From: Candidatus Bathyarchaeota archaeon
Lineage (GTDB): Archaea; Thermoproteota; Bathyarchaeia; Bathyarchaeales; Bathycorpusculaceae
Assembly: GCA_963733095.1 (NCBI GenBank)
Contig: CAVTBV010000001.1
Span: 1 to 64,000 of the forward strand
Reading direction: 5' to 3'
DNA: 64,000 nucleotides
Within the stretch, counting starts at the first letter, position 1. The number at the start of each line of letters is the position of its first letter. A program made the translations under genes and the position numbers. The notes under the pieces were generated by a model that worked only from the letters and a program-made list of their open reading frames with translations, did no database searches and had not been told where the DNA came from. Below are positions 20,855 to 29,393 of the stretch, piece by piece.

Positions 20855-21089
20855 TTGTGCCTTAGCAGCTTGTGACAGCCTACGCAACCAGTTTGCCACC
20901 CGCTACTAATTCAGAACACAAAAAACATTCGATGTCTTAGTCGGTTGGTTGTTGTGGTATAGGGAGTTTTCGGTTACAACTATTAAAGAAAAAAACAGAG
21001 CCACAACACTGTACACTGTTAGTTTTTGCTTTAAAAGTCATAAAGTATAAGAATAGGTATGTTTCTTTTATGCAAAGCTGGTCGATACC

Positions 21090-21365
21090 GTGAACGTTCC
21101 TAAAGAAGTAAAAACTTACTGTCCAAAATGTAAAGCTCACCAACTTCACAGTGTAACTCTCTACAAACCTGGAAAGCGCAGAGCCTTAGCTAGAGGCGAA
21201 CGCCACCATGAACGTGAAAAAGAGGGTTACGGTGGACAAAAATATCCACTGCAACATGAATTCGCAAAAACTACCAAGAAACAAACTCTGCGCTTAAAAT
21301 GCAAAGTTTGCAGTTACATGCGTCACAAAGACGGCATCCGACTACGAAAACTAGCTATAGTGTAG
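21090..21365 (+). CDS. rpl44e: 50S ribosomal protein L44e
   Basis: TYCPKCKAH, GYGGQKYP, KTTKK..L.LKC. Confidence 0.96.
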   Translation: MNVPKEVKTYCPKCKAHQLHSVTLYKPGKRRALARGERHHEREKEGYGGQKYPLQHEFAKTTKKQTLRLKCKVCSYMRHKDGIRLRKLAIV

Positions 21366-21384
21366 AATTAACGGAGAGAAAATT

Positions 21385-21582
21385 ATGTCTGAATGGAATA
21401 AACTCATCCCCAAACCACGAAGCGTCTTCCTGCGGGTTAAATGCCAAAAATGCGGCAACGAACAACTAATCTTCAGCAATGCAGTCAACAAAATAACCTG
21501 CAACGTCTGCGGAGACTTATTAGCTGAACCCAGCGGCGGAAGAGCAAAAATTAACGGTGACGTCCAAGCGGTTCTTGAGTAG
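21385..21582 (+). CDS. rps27e: 30S ribosomal protein S27e
   Basis: PRSVFLRVKCQKCGNEQ, CNVCG...PSGGRA. Confidence 0.96.
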   Translation: MSEWNKLIPKPRSVFLRVKCQKCGNEQLIFSNAVNKITCNVCGDLLAEPSGGRAKINGDVQAVLE

Positions 21583-21596
21583 AGATGAACGGTGAA

Positions 21597-21644
21597 ATGG
21601 CTGAGCGTAAGCCACAATTGACCGTTTTTAGAAGGGACCACTAA
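21597..21644 (+). pseudogene. 15-codon mini-ORF (MAERKPQLTVFRRDH) at the canonical aIF2-alpha position; probable deletion remnant
   Basis: GGTGA SD at 21591-95; lies between rps27e and nop10; its stop abuts the nop10 TTG. Confidence 0.6.
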
Positions 21645-21815
21645 TTGGTTTGGCAAATGCGCAAATGCGTAAAATGCGAAAAATACACTTTAAACAAAAC
21701 TAGTTGCCCCTACTGTGGAGGACCCGTGAGGATTCCTCATCCACCGAAATTTTCCCCAGATGATAAATACCTAAAGTACAGAATGGCTATGAAAAGGAGC
21801 GCACAAACAAAATGA
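21645..21815 (+). CDS. nop10: H/ACA RNP protein Nop10 (missed by the ORF track)
   Basis: MVWQMRKCVKCEKYTL...CPYCGG...PHPPKFSPDDKYLKYR; stop overlaps the next ATG. Confidence 0.95.
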   Translation: MVWQMRKCVKCEKYTLNKTSCPYCGGPVRIPHPPKFSPDDKYLKYRMAMKRSAQTK

Positions 21816-22582
21816 AAGAAACCTACATCAAAGAATTCAGTGAAATCCACCCCAACAACCCAATCTTAATCGAGGGTCTTCCAGGCCTTGGCTTAGTAGG
21901 AAAAATCGCGCTCCGCTACCTAATCAAACAACTAAAACCCAAAAAAGTCGCCTACCTCTACTCACCGCATTTCCCATACTTCGTATTAGTCAACAAGAAG
22001 GGAAACGTGCGTCTTCTAAGGGGAGCATTCTACTACTACCAAAACCCCAAAGGCAGCGATATAATACTCTTCACGGGCGATAGTCAATCACAAACCATCG
22101 AAGGACAATACGAAATCGCCGACCGAATGCTCGACTTCTCCGAAAAACATGGCGTAAAAACAATCGCAACAATCGGCGGCTACCGCATGGAACCCCAAGA
22201 AAAACCCAAAGTCTTCATAGCATCCACCTCACAAGACGTCCTACATAAAGCACTGGAAGCAGGTGCAACTCTAAGCGCATCAGGCAGCCCAATCGTCGGA
22301 ACAGCTGGACTTATTCTTGGTTTGGCAAAATTCAAAAAAATAAATGCCCTCTGCCTGCTGGGCGAAACACGAGGTTACCTACCTGACCCCTTAGCAGCTA
22401 AAAGCGTCTTAGAAGTGTTAAAATCAACGTTCAACTTCGACTTAGATCTCACTGGCTTAAACGAAGAAATCACCAAAGCAGAAACGATGGTTACCCGCCT
22501 ACAGCAAATCGAAGAAAAACGCGCCGTCCAAGCAGAAGAAACACGAAAACAAGAAGATAAGAAAACCACCTATATTTCTTAA
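21812..22582 (+). CDS. PAC2 family proteasome assembly chaperone
   Basis: IEGLPGLGLVGKIA, TIGGY, LLGETRGYLPDP; canonical position after nop10. Confidence 0.92.
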   Translation: MKETYIKEFSEIHPNNPILIEGLPGLGLVGKIALRYLIKQLKPKKVAYLYSPHFPYFVLVNKKGNVRLLRGAFYYYQNPKGSDIILFTGDSQSQTIEGQYEIADRMLDFSEKHGVKTIATIGGYRMEPQEKPKVFIASTSQDVLHKALEAGATLSASGSPIVGTAGLILGLAKFKKINALCLLGETRGYLPDPLAAKSVLEVLKSTFNFDLDLTGLNEEITKAETMVTRLQQIEEKRAVQAEETRKQEDKKTTYIS

Positions 22583-23676
22583 ACAAAATCTTTCTTTATA
22601 ATTTCAATCGTCTTTAGGGCTGCTTTGCCGTCCCCGAAGGGCGAAACAGAAGGCAATTTTGTCTCTTCCTCAAGTGCTTCATGCATGGCGGCTAAAATGT
22701 TGTTCTTGTTTGTTCCAACGATTTTTGCGAAACCTGCTTCAACAGCTTCCTGACGCTCAGTAGACAAACGAATAACCAGCACTTTTTTTCTCATTCTAGG
22801 TGCAGTTGCTTCTTCCTGTATGCCACCGGAGTCAGTGAGGATTAGACGGCAGTTCTTCATCAAGACCAAGAAATCCAAGTAGCCCAACGGGGGAAGAATC
22901 ATTACATTCTTCATGTCTTCCAGTTTAGACAGCAGGCTGTTTTCTTGCAGACGTTTTTTTGTTCGTGGATGCATGGGGTAAACGATTGGAAGGGGCGATT
23001 TAGAGAAAACCTCCATAAACGACTCAAGAAATTCAGCATCATCAACGTTTTCTGCTCGATGCGCAGTGGCTAAAATGAAATCTTTGAATGGGATTTTTTC
23101 CATAATGGTAGATTTTTTCTCGGCGAGCGGCAGATGCTGGATTACCGCATCGATGGCTGTGTTTCCTGTAAGGTAGATTTTGCCCCAAACATTTTCTTTC
23201 AAAAGATTAGCCTTCGCCCTTTCTGTGGGTGCAAACATGTAGTCGGATATGTGATCGGTCAAACGTCGGTTGTGTTCTTCGGGCATCCGAAGGTCAAAGC
23301 TTCTCAGACCAGCTTCCACATGACCAATTGGTATAACACGTTTGTTAGCTGCCAATGCTGCTGATAAGACAGTGTTTGTGTCCCCTTCAACCAAAACGAT
23401 GGATGACTCAATCTTCTCCAGCAACTGGTCCATCTTCAACATAATCTCAGCAGTTTGTGCTCCAGGCGAAGAAGCCTCAATTTTTAATGCGAAATCCGGT
23501 GCTGATAGTTCAAGGTTTTCGATAAATTGCTGGGACATGTTATAGTCGTAGTGTTGGCCGCAGTGGACAAAAATCAAGGGCAATTTGGCTTGGTTGAGGG
23601 CACGGATTATCGGGGCCATCTTGATTATTTCTGGTCTAGTTCCAGCAACCACTACAACTGGCTTCATAGCTATCAT
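22579..23676 (-). CDS. wecB: UDP-N-acetylglucosamine 2-epimerase (non-hydrolysing)
   Basis: GTRPEIIK, GQHYD, GDTNT, HVEAGLRS, PEEHNR, TDSGGIQEEA. Confidence 0.96.
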   Translation of the reverse strand: MIAMKPVVVVAGTRPEIIKMAPIIRALNQAKLPLIFVHCGQHYDYNMSQQFIENLELSAPDFALKIEASSPGAQTAEIMLKMDQLLEKIESSIVLVEGDTNTVLSAALAANKRVIPIGHVEAGLRSFDLRMPEEHNRRLTDHISDYMFAPTERAKANLLKENVWGKIYLTGNTAIDAVIQHLPLAEKKSTIMEKIPFKDFILATAHRAENVDDAEFLESFMEVFSKSPLPIVYPMHPRTKKRLQENSLLSKLEDMKNVMILPPLGYLDFLVLMKNCRLILTDSGGIQEEATAPRMRKKVLVIRLSTERQEAVEAGFAKIVGTNKNNILAAMHEALEEETKLPSVSPFGDGKAALKTIEIIKKDFV

Positions 23677-23681
23677 CCTGC

Positions 23682-25715
23682 TTATGTTTTCTTAAGGCAT
23701 CCTTCCCGCGGCTCATAAATTGTTCCTTCCCGCAGAAGTTGGCTTATCATCCGTTCGACTTCGCCCCTTGGAATCTTTTGTTTGGTTTCCAACTCATTCA
23801 CAAGCGAGTCTTTCTCCACGATGCCCGTTATCTTTTCCATGTCCATAAGCGTTGACAATACCACATGTAATTTGTCCCGGATGCTCTTTGGCCTGCCTGT
23901 CATAATCAAGTCAATGTCCACTTTGTAGCTGGACATGTCGATTCCAACTTCCTCCAACGACCGCTTCATAATGGCAATAGCTGCATCTGCATCTTCCGCA
24001 GTGACTTCTTTGCGTAGCGCCACGCGAGCTCTCGCTTCGGCAACCCGAACCAGAGATTCCAGTTGACGTGCGGTGATGGCTACTGGTGAGCCTTCTGTTT
24101 CGCTTGCTGAACGCATTGCTAAGTAGAAGTCGCTTAAGCGGTTTAATGCCTCCATGCTGAGTTCTGGGTGTACACTTTTCGCAAAACTAACGTATTTGCG
24201 CAGAAGCTCTGCGTCAACCTGTGCTTCTACGGGGCTTACTCCTCTTCGGTGGATTTCCAAGATGTGTCTTGACATTTTGTTGTCGGATTCTTTGTTCGGG
24301 ATGTCTCGGAGAACGAAGATTAAGTCAAAACGTGACAGGATAGTTACTGGCAGGGAAATGTTTTCTGCGACGGTTCGGTTTGGTTCATACCTGCCCAGTG
24401 ATGGATTAGCGGCTGCAAGAACCGCCGTCCTTGCGTTCAATGTTGCAACGATGCCTCCTTTTGCAACTGAAACTGTATGTTGTTCCATGGCTTCGTGGAT
24501 GGCAACGCGGTCTTCGGGACGCATTTTGTCCATTTCGTCGATGCATGCGATGCCTTTGTCAGCGAGGACGAGTGCGCCTGCTTCAAGGCTCATGCTTCCA
24601 CCTTTCTCTCGAACTACTGCAGCAGTTAAGCCTGCGGCAGTGGTTCCTCTACCTGAAGTATACAAGCCTCTTGGCGCAATTCTTGCCACATATTGGAGAA
24701 GCTGCGATTTGGCTGTACCTGGGTCACCGATGAGTAATGCGTTCATTTCGCCCCTTACATTAACGTCTGGCAGGGTCTTTGAAACGCCGCCAAAGAGAAG
24801 ATACATTATTGCTTCTTTGATGTGTTCTAAGCCGAAGATTGAGGGCGCGATGGAGGTCAAGATTTTTTTGTGTACCAATGGATCTTTGGATAGTTGGATC
24901 ATTTTTGCTTCTTCTTCGGGTGTGGGCGGCGAGGTTTCGGGTTCTTTGCCTAAAACTTCTATGGAGTTTGCGTCTAATTGAAGGATGAATGTGCGGAGTT
25001 TTCCCATGCCCATCAGTGAAGGCGCAAAAGCGCGGACGATGCCAACTATGGAAACGTGGTCTCCTGGTCTTGCAACATCCACTATTTCATCGCCAATAAG
25101 TTTCACCGCTAAAACCCGCGGTAACTGTCCAGGGGGCAAATCCTCAGGTTTTTCTTGGAGTCTTAGATCCTGTGAATCTATAAACGTAGATTCTTCTTGG
25201 CTAAACTCGAATGGTCCGTCTCGTCCACAGTCAGGAGCAACACAGACCGCGGGCGCCTTCAAAAATTGCCCCGTTTGTTCAACTTGGTTTATGGTGCCAC
25301 AGCGTTTGCATTTGAAGGCAGCTACCTGAACCATCGGACGCACTGGCGTTGCCCGAACAACTATGCCTTCAATCATGATTAACTTGCTCATCTGTCTTGA
25401 GCCGAGCTTTCGAAGTACTTCTTTGCCCAGAAGCTTTACGATTCTGACAATAACTTTCTCTATTTTCTCAGCGTACTCAGCATCTTCAATTCGGAGTTGC
25501 TCATAAGCTCCTTTGCCTGAATGCACCAAATATTCTTCAGGTCTGTTGAGCAGTTGCTCCGCGAGTGCTTGATCGAATCCATAAAGCTCCTCAAAATTTA
25601 TAGTTAACGAGCCTTTGCCCGAGATGGCTAACTGAGCGATTCTTTGGCGGTATTTTTCTTTTTTGAAGAATTCTTGAAAACGCTGCTGAGGATCTATTGT
25701 TTCAAGCTTCGCCAT
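23682..25715 (-). CDS. mcm: MCM replicative helicase
   Basis: GDPGTAKSQ, CIDEMDKM, SRFD, Zn finger, C-terminal wH; no intein. Confidence 0.98.
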   Translation of the reverse strand: MAKLETIDPQQRFQEFFKKEKYRQRIAQLAISGKGSLTINFEELYGFDQALAEQLLNRPEEYLVHSGKGAYEQLRIEDAEYAEKIEKVIVRIVKLLGKEVLRKLGSRQMSKLIMIEGIVVRATPVRPMVQVAAFKCKRCGTINQVEQTGQFLKAPAVCVAPDCGRDGPFEFSQEESTFIDSQDLRLQEKPEDLPPGQLPRVLAVKLIGDEIVDVARPGDHVSIVGIVRAFAPSLMGMGKLRTFILQLDANSIEVLGKEPETSPPTPEEEAKMIQLSKDPLVHKKILTSIAPSIFGLEHIKEAIMYLLFGGVSKTLPDVNVRGEMNALLIGDPGTAKSQLLQYVARIAPRGLYTSGRGTTAAGLTAAVVREKGGSMSLEAGALVLADKGIACIDEMDKMRPEDRVAIHEAMEQHTVSVAKGGIVATLNARTAVLAAANPSLGRYEPNRTVAENISLPVTILSRFDLIFVLRDIPNKESDNKMSRHILEIHRRGVSPVEAQVDAELLRKYVSFAKSVHPELSMEALNRLSDFYLAMRSASETEGSPVAITARQLESLVRVAEARARVALRKEVTAEDADAAIAIMKRSLEEVGIDMSSYKVDIDLIMTGRPKSIRDKLHVVLSTLMDMEKITGIVEKDSLVNELETKQKIPRGEVERMISQLLREGTIYEPREGCLKKT

Positions 25716-25716
25716 C

Positions 25717-26277
25717 TTACTTTTCTCCAGCGTTCTCTAAGATTTTAGTTTTCCATCCAGAAATGATTTTGACAAGTTGCTCATAGACTATTCTTTCTTC
25801 GCTTGTAAACTTCTTTAATACTTGGTCACTTTGGGCTGGAGCAGCAGATATGGCGACAATTTTTTTTAGTCTAGAGTTTACGATGTCGCGTGCTAGTTGC
25901 CTTGCGCGGTCGTACTCTTGGAATCTGATTGCGTCAGGTTGTTTTGAGGTTTGGTCTTTTAGGTCAGCTATGAATCTGCGGAGTTTAGGGTAAAAGTCGC
26001 CCGGTAACTCGGAGATCTGCCCCGGAATCTGGACGCCTTCCTTCCATTGCAACTGAAAGAGTTTAGTGGCGTCAAGCATTTCGCCTTCCCGAAAATGAAC
26101 CATTCCTGCAGTGGCGAGTTGTTTTGCTACCCAAAAATAAATTTCATACTCGTTTCCTTCATCAAAAGGGCCAACTGTTAATCCGGCAAGTCTGATTTCT
26201 GGGCAGTTGCGGTTCGCTATGATTTTAACCAGTGAGTTCTCGTAGCAAAAGTCCAAGGTACATATTTTCGCTGCCAA
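25717..26277 (-). CDS. GINS subunit (Gins23 type)
   Basis: N-terminal beta domain, LPGDFY, RLKKIV, EER..Y; immediately upstream of mcm. Confidence 0.85.
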   Translation of the reverse strand: MAAKICTLDFCYENSLVKIIANRNCPEIRLAGLTVGPFDEGNEYEIYFWVAKQLATAGMVHFREGEMLDATKLFQLQWKEGVQIPGQISELPGDFYPKLRRFIADLKDQTSKQPDAIRFQEYDRARQLARDIVNSRLKKIVAISAAPAQSDQVLKKFTSEERIVYEQLVKIISGWKTKILENAGEK

Positions 26278-26727
26278 AGCCTATTCCCTCTCAATCCGAT
26301 TGCCCTTTGCGGATTCACAGATATAGCGAAAGGGGTTTTAAGGGTTTGCACTAGAAGCGTTGAACCGTTAAAAATGGAATTTTGACGTGTTTTTCGATTG
26401 TACTAATTATTTTTCTAATGGATGCGGGGAGTCGGATTTCATAGGCTCAATGGAAGGCTAAAAAGGCACATTCCGAAATACGTCAAATTTTGAAAAAATA
26501 GATGACATATAAAGATTAGAACAACCTGAGTTTCAACAGAAACAACTTGGAGTTATTTCAATTATTTTCGGTGACACAGCAGGCATTAACCACCAAATTT
26601 ACTGATTCCTAGTTTCTGATGTCAAACGCTCGTTTCCAAGTTTGAGTAGGAACAATTTTATTAACTCAAAGCGTAATCAATAGCTATATAAATTTACAAT
26701 GCATGATTAAGCGAGGAAGAGGGTAAT

Positions 26728-27483
26728 ATGTTCAAGCTTAAAGTGTCTGACGCTAAACTCTTAAGAGATATGGCTACCGCCATTTCAATTCTTGTTGATG
26801 AAGCAACCTTCAAAATTGATGCCGAAGGCTTAAAACTTCGAGCTATGGATCCATCACGCGTAGCCATGATCGATTTTGAATGGCCCAAAACTATCTTCCA
26901 AGAATTCATCTGCACTGAACCCACAAAAATCTGCTTGAACATAAGTGAATTACTCAAGCTCCTCAAACGTGCAGGAAAAGAAGAAGCAGTCGAATTGGCC
27001 CTAGATGATAAAACTGGACGATTACTTGTAACAATAACCGGAAAGTACAACAGAAACTTTACGATGCCAACACTTGAAGCCTCCGAGGAAGAAGTCCCAA
27101 CACCAAAAATCAGCTTCAACGTTAAAGCCAAAACCACAACCCAAGGCTTAAGCCAAGCAATCGAAGACGCCCAACTTGTAAGCGACCACGTTAAAATCGA
27201 GGCAGAACCAGAAAAACTGACCCTCAGCGCCTCAGGCGATTTGATGGGAGCAACCATTACACTCCAAAAAGGCAATGACGCATTGTTGGATTTAGAAGTT
27301 AAAGAAAATGCTAAAGCAACCTTTAGCCTAAGTTACCTCTCAGAAATCATAAAAGCAGCTTCAGCAACCTCAGACATTGCAACCCTTGAATTCTCAAGTG
27401 ACATGCCAGTGCGAATCGATTTCCAGCAAACCAAAGAGGGAAAGTTAACCTTCTTTTTGGCGCCAAGAATCGAAACAGAGTAA
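26728..27483 (+). CDS. pcn: PCNA sliding clamp
   Basis: LRAMDPSRVAM, FSLSYL, FFLAPRIE. Confidence 0.97.
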   Translation: MFKLKVSDAKLLRDMATAISILVDEATFKIDAEGLKLRAMDPSRVAMIDFEWPKTIFQEFICTEPTKICLNISELLKLLKRAGKEEAVELALDDKTGRLLVTITGKYNRNFTMPTLEASEEEVPTPKISFNVKAKTTTQGLSQAIEDAQLVSDHVKIEAEPEKLTLSASGDLMGATITLQKGNDALLDLEVKENAKATFSLSYLSEIIKAASATSDIATLEFSSDMPVRIDFQQTKEGKLTFFLAPRIETE

Positions 27484-27492
27484 GACATTAAA

Positions 27493-28524
27493 TTGCAGAT
27501 GGAATCGGCATTATCTTCTGAAGATTTTGCCAAATACCCATTTCTAAAACAAGCCTCCAAACAAATAGAAGAGTTGCAGTTTACAATTGCAAGCTTGGTT
27601 TCTGAAAAAAATGTTTTTGACCGTGCTCAGGAACGTGCAGAAAAAGCGATTTTAGAAGTTAATACCGGCATCATGGTTAGGGATAGACCCACTGAAATTT
27701 CATCGTTCGCTGCATCACTCGTTTTGGTAATTGCTACGAAGAACGCATGGGTAAAAAAAAGATATGCACTGGCTGTAGCAAAAACTGCTTATGCTGAAAT
27801 GCGTAAACAAGAAACAACCAATGAAAAAATTGTTAGTTTAGCTAAAGACTTTGATTGGGATATTAGCGTTGGAACCCCATACAAGGATTTTCGGTTAGGA
27901 TTCTCTATTTATTTGAAGAATGCGGCTCATATGCATGGTTCTGAATGGAAGTTGGTTAACCAAATCATGGATAAGGGCATGGTTTATCTAAACAAGGATA
28001 AAGTTGTTCGTTTGCTTCAGGAGGAAGTGAAGAATCGGGTGGAGAAGAGGTTGGATGTTTCAGAAATCAAAAATCTCCCCGAAGAGATAACAGTCGTAGC
28101 TGACCGATTAACAAAGTTGGCTCAGGAGATAATGGGACAAGAAATAGAAGAAATGCCCAAAGTCGTCGTCCAAGCTGCTTTTCCACCATGCATAAACGCG
28201 CTCTACGCAGATGCAGCCCAAGCCCATCATCTTTCCCACATCGGACGCTTCACATTAACATCATTTTTAGTAAACATCGGAATGACTCCAGAGGGTCTCA
28301 ATGAAATGTTCAAGACATTCTCAGATTACAACGAACGCTTGACCCGCTACCAAATTGAGCACATCGCAGGAGAACGCGGCTCAGGAACAAAATACACATG
28401 TCCCCAATGCTCAGTATTGCAGACTCATGGTGTATGTAAAAATCGGGATGATTTATGCCGCTGGATTTATCATCCACTAGCATATTATAAGAGAAAACAG
28501 AAGACAATGACCAAGGCGGAATGA
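27493..28524 (+). CDS. priL: DNA primase large subunit
   Basis: AKYPF, FPPCI, HIGRF, YQIEHIAG, Fe-S cluster cysteines, HPLAYY. Confidence 0.95.
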   Translation: MQMESALSSEDFAKYPFLKQASKQIEELQFTIASLVSEKNVFDRAQERAEKAILEVNTGIMVRDRPTEISSFAASLVLVIATKNAWVKKRYALAVAKTAYAEMRKQETTNEKIVSLAKDFDWDISVGTPYKDFRLGFSIYLKNAAHMHGSEWKLVNQIMDKGMVYLNKDKVVRLLQEEVKNRVEKRLDVSEIKNLPEEITVVADRLTKLAQEIMGQEIEEMPKVVVQAAFPPCINALYADAAQAHHLSHIGRFTLTSFLVNIGMTPEGLNEMFKTFSDYNERLTRYQIEHIAGERGSGTKYTCPQCSVLQTHGVCKNRDDLCRWIYHPLAYYKRKQKTMTKAE

Positions 28525-28562
28525 TTTGTTAATCTTTATTAGTTCATTAAACTCTTGTAAGG

Positions 28563-29321
28563 ATGGCAAAATTTTTTATGGCTTATCAGTTAATTGGTAA
28601 CTCGATGTCAAACTCTGAAGTCGGCGTGATTCTTCCTACTTATGGAGAAGCCGAGAATATCTCGAAGTTGATCGAGGATATTGAAGCTTTGAAGTTGGAT
28701 GCCTCCATCCTGGTTATCGATGATTCCAGTCCTGATGGAACAGCAGAAATTGTGCAGGAAAAACAGAAAAAATACCCCAACATCCAGCTTTACGTGCGCC
28801 CCAAAAAAACGGGTTTGGGCACAGCTATAACGGACGGATTCAAAATTTTCCTCTCAGCCCAAGAACCCCCAAAATACGTCTTCACCATGGACGCCGACTA
28901 CTCTCACAACCCTCAAGATATTCCACAACTGTTAGCGACCATGAAAGAGTGCGATTGTGGAATCGTCATAGGTAGCAGATACGTTAAAGGAGGCAAAATT
29001 GCCGGGTGGCCATTTTCAAGAAAGATAATCAGCAAAACAGCCAACTACATCGCAAGAGCCTCTTTAGGCTTAAAACTTAAGGATTGCACAAGCGGCTATC
29101 GCTGCTACTCCACAAAATTCCTCAAAGAAGCCATAGGCAACCTACACAGCCACACGTATGAAATCCAGATAGAAACAGTAAGGCAAGCTGCGCTGAGAAA
29201 CTTTAACGTCAAAGAAACGCCAATACTGTTTGTGAATAGGAAACGTGGAAAATCCAAGCTTTCATGGACAGAAATCAAAAGTTATCTGTCATACACTATG
29301 AAGGCAGTTTGGCGGTCATAG
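28563..29321 (+). CDS. polyprenol-phosphate mannose synthase (GT2, Dpm1-like)
   Basis: LPTYGE, IDDSSPDGT, MDADYSH, GSRY, DCTSGYR; true start may be a downstream ATG. Confidence 0.9.
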   Translation: MAKFFMAYQLIGNSMSNSEVGVILPTYGEAENISKLIEDIEALKLDASILVIDDSSPDGTAEIVQEKQKKYPNIQLYVRPKKTGLGTAITDGFKIFLSAQEPPKYVFTMDADYSHNPQDIPQLLATMKECDCGIVIGSRYVKGGKIAGWPFSRKIISKTANYIARASLGLKLKDCTSGYRCYSTKFLKEAIGNLHSHTYEIQIETVRQAALRNFNVKETPILFVNRKRGKSKLSWTEIKSYLSYTMKAVWRS

Positions 29322-29393
29322 AAGAAGTACCTTGAGCTATCGCTTCTTTGTTAAGCAGAATTAAATACGGGTTGAAACCTATTTTTAAGGGAC

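Noticed and set aside
21653-21684. Tandem-like GCAAATGC/AAATGCG repeats
   Set aside because: They fall in nop10 and simply encode QMRKCVKCEK.
24154-24981. Long antisense or alternate-frame ORFs (275 aa opposite mcm; also 52219-52899, 26694-27275, 37972-38538)
   Set aside because: They are shadows of well-conserved genes and carry no recognisable motifs.
26278-26727. Replication origin between mcm/gins and pcn
   Set aside because: No full ORB with a G-string was found. The 63.5-64 kb region is a much better match.
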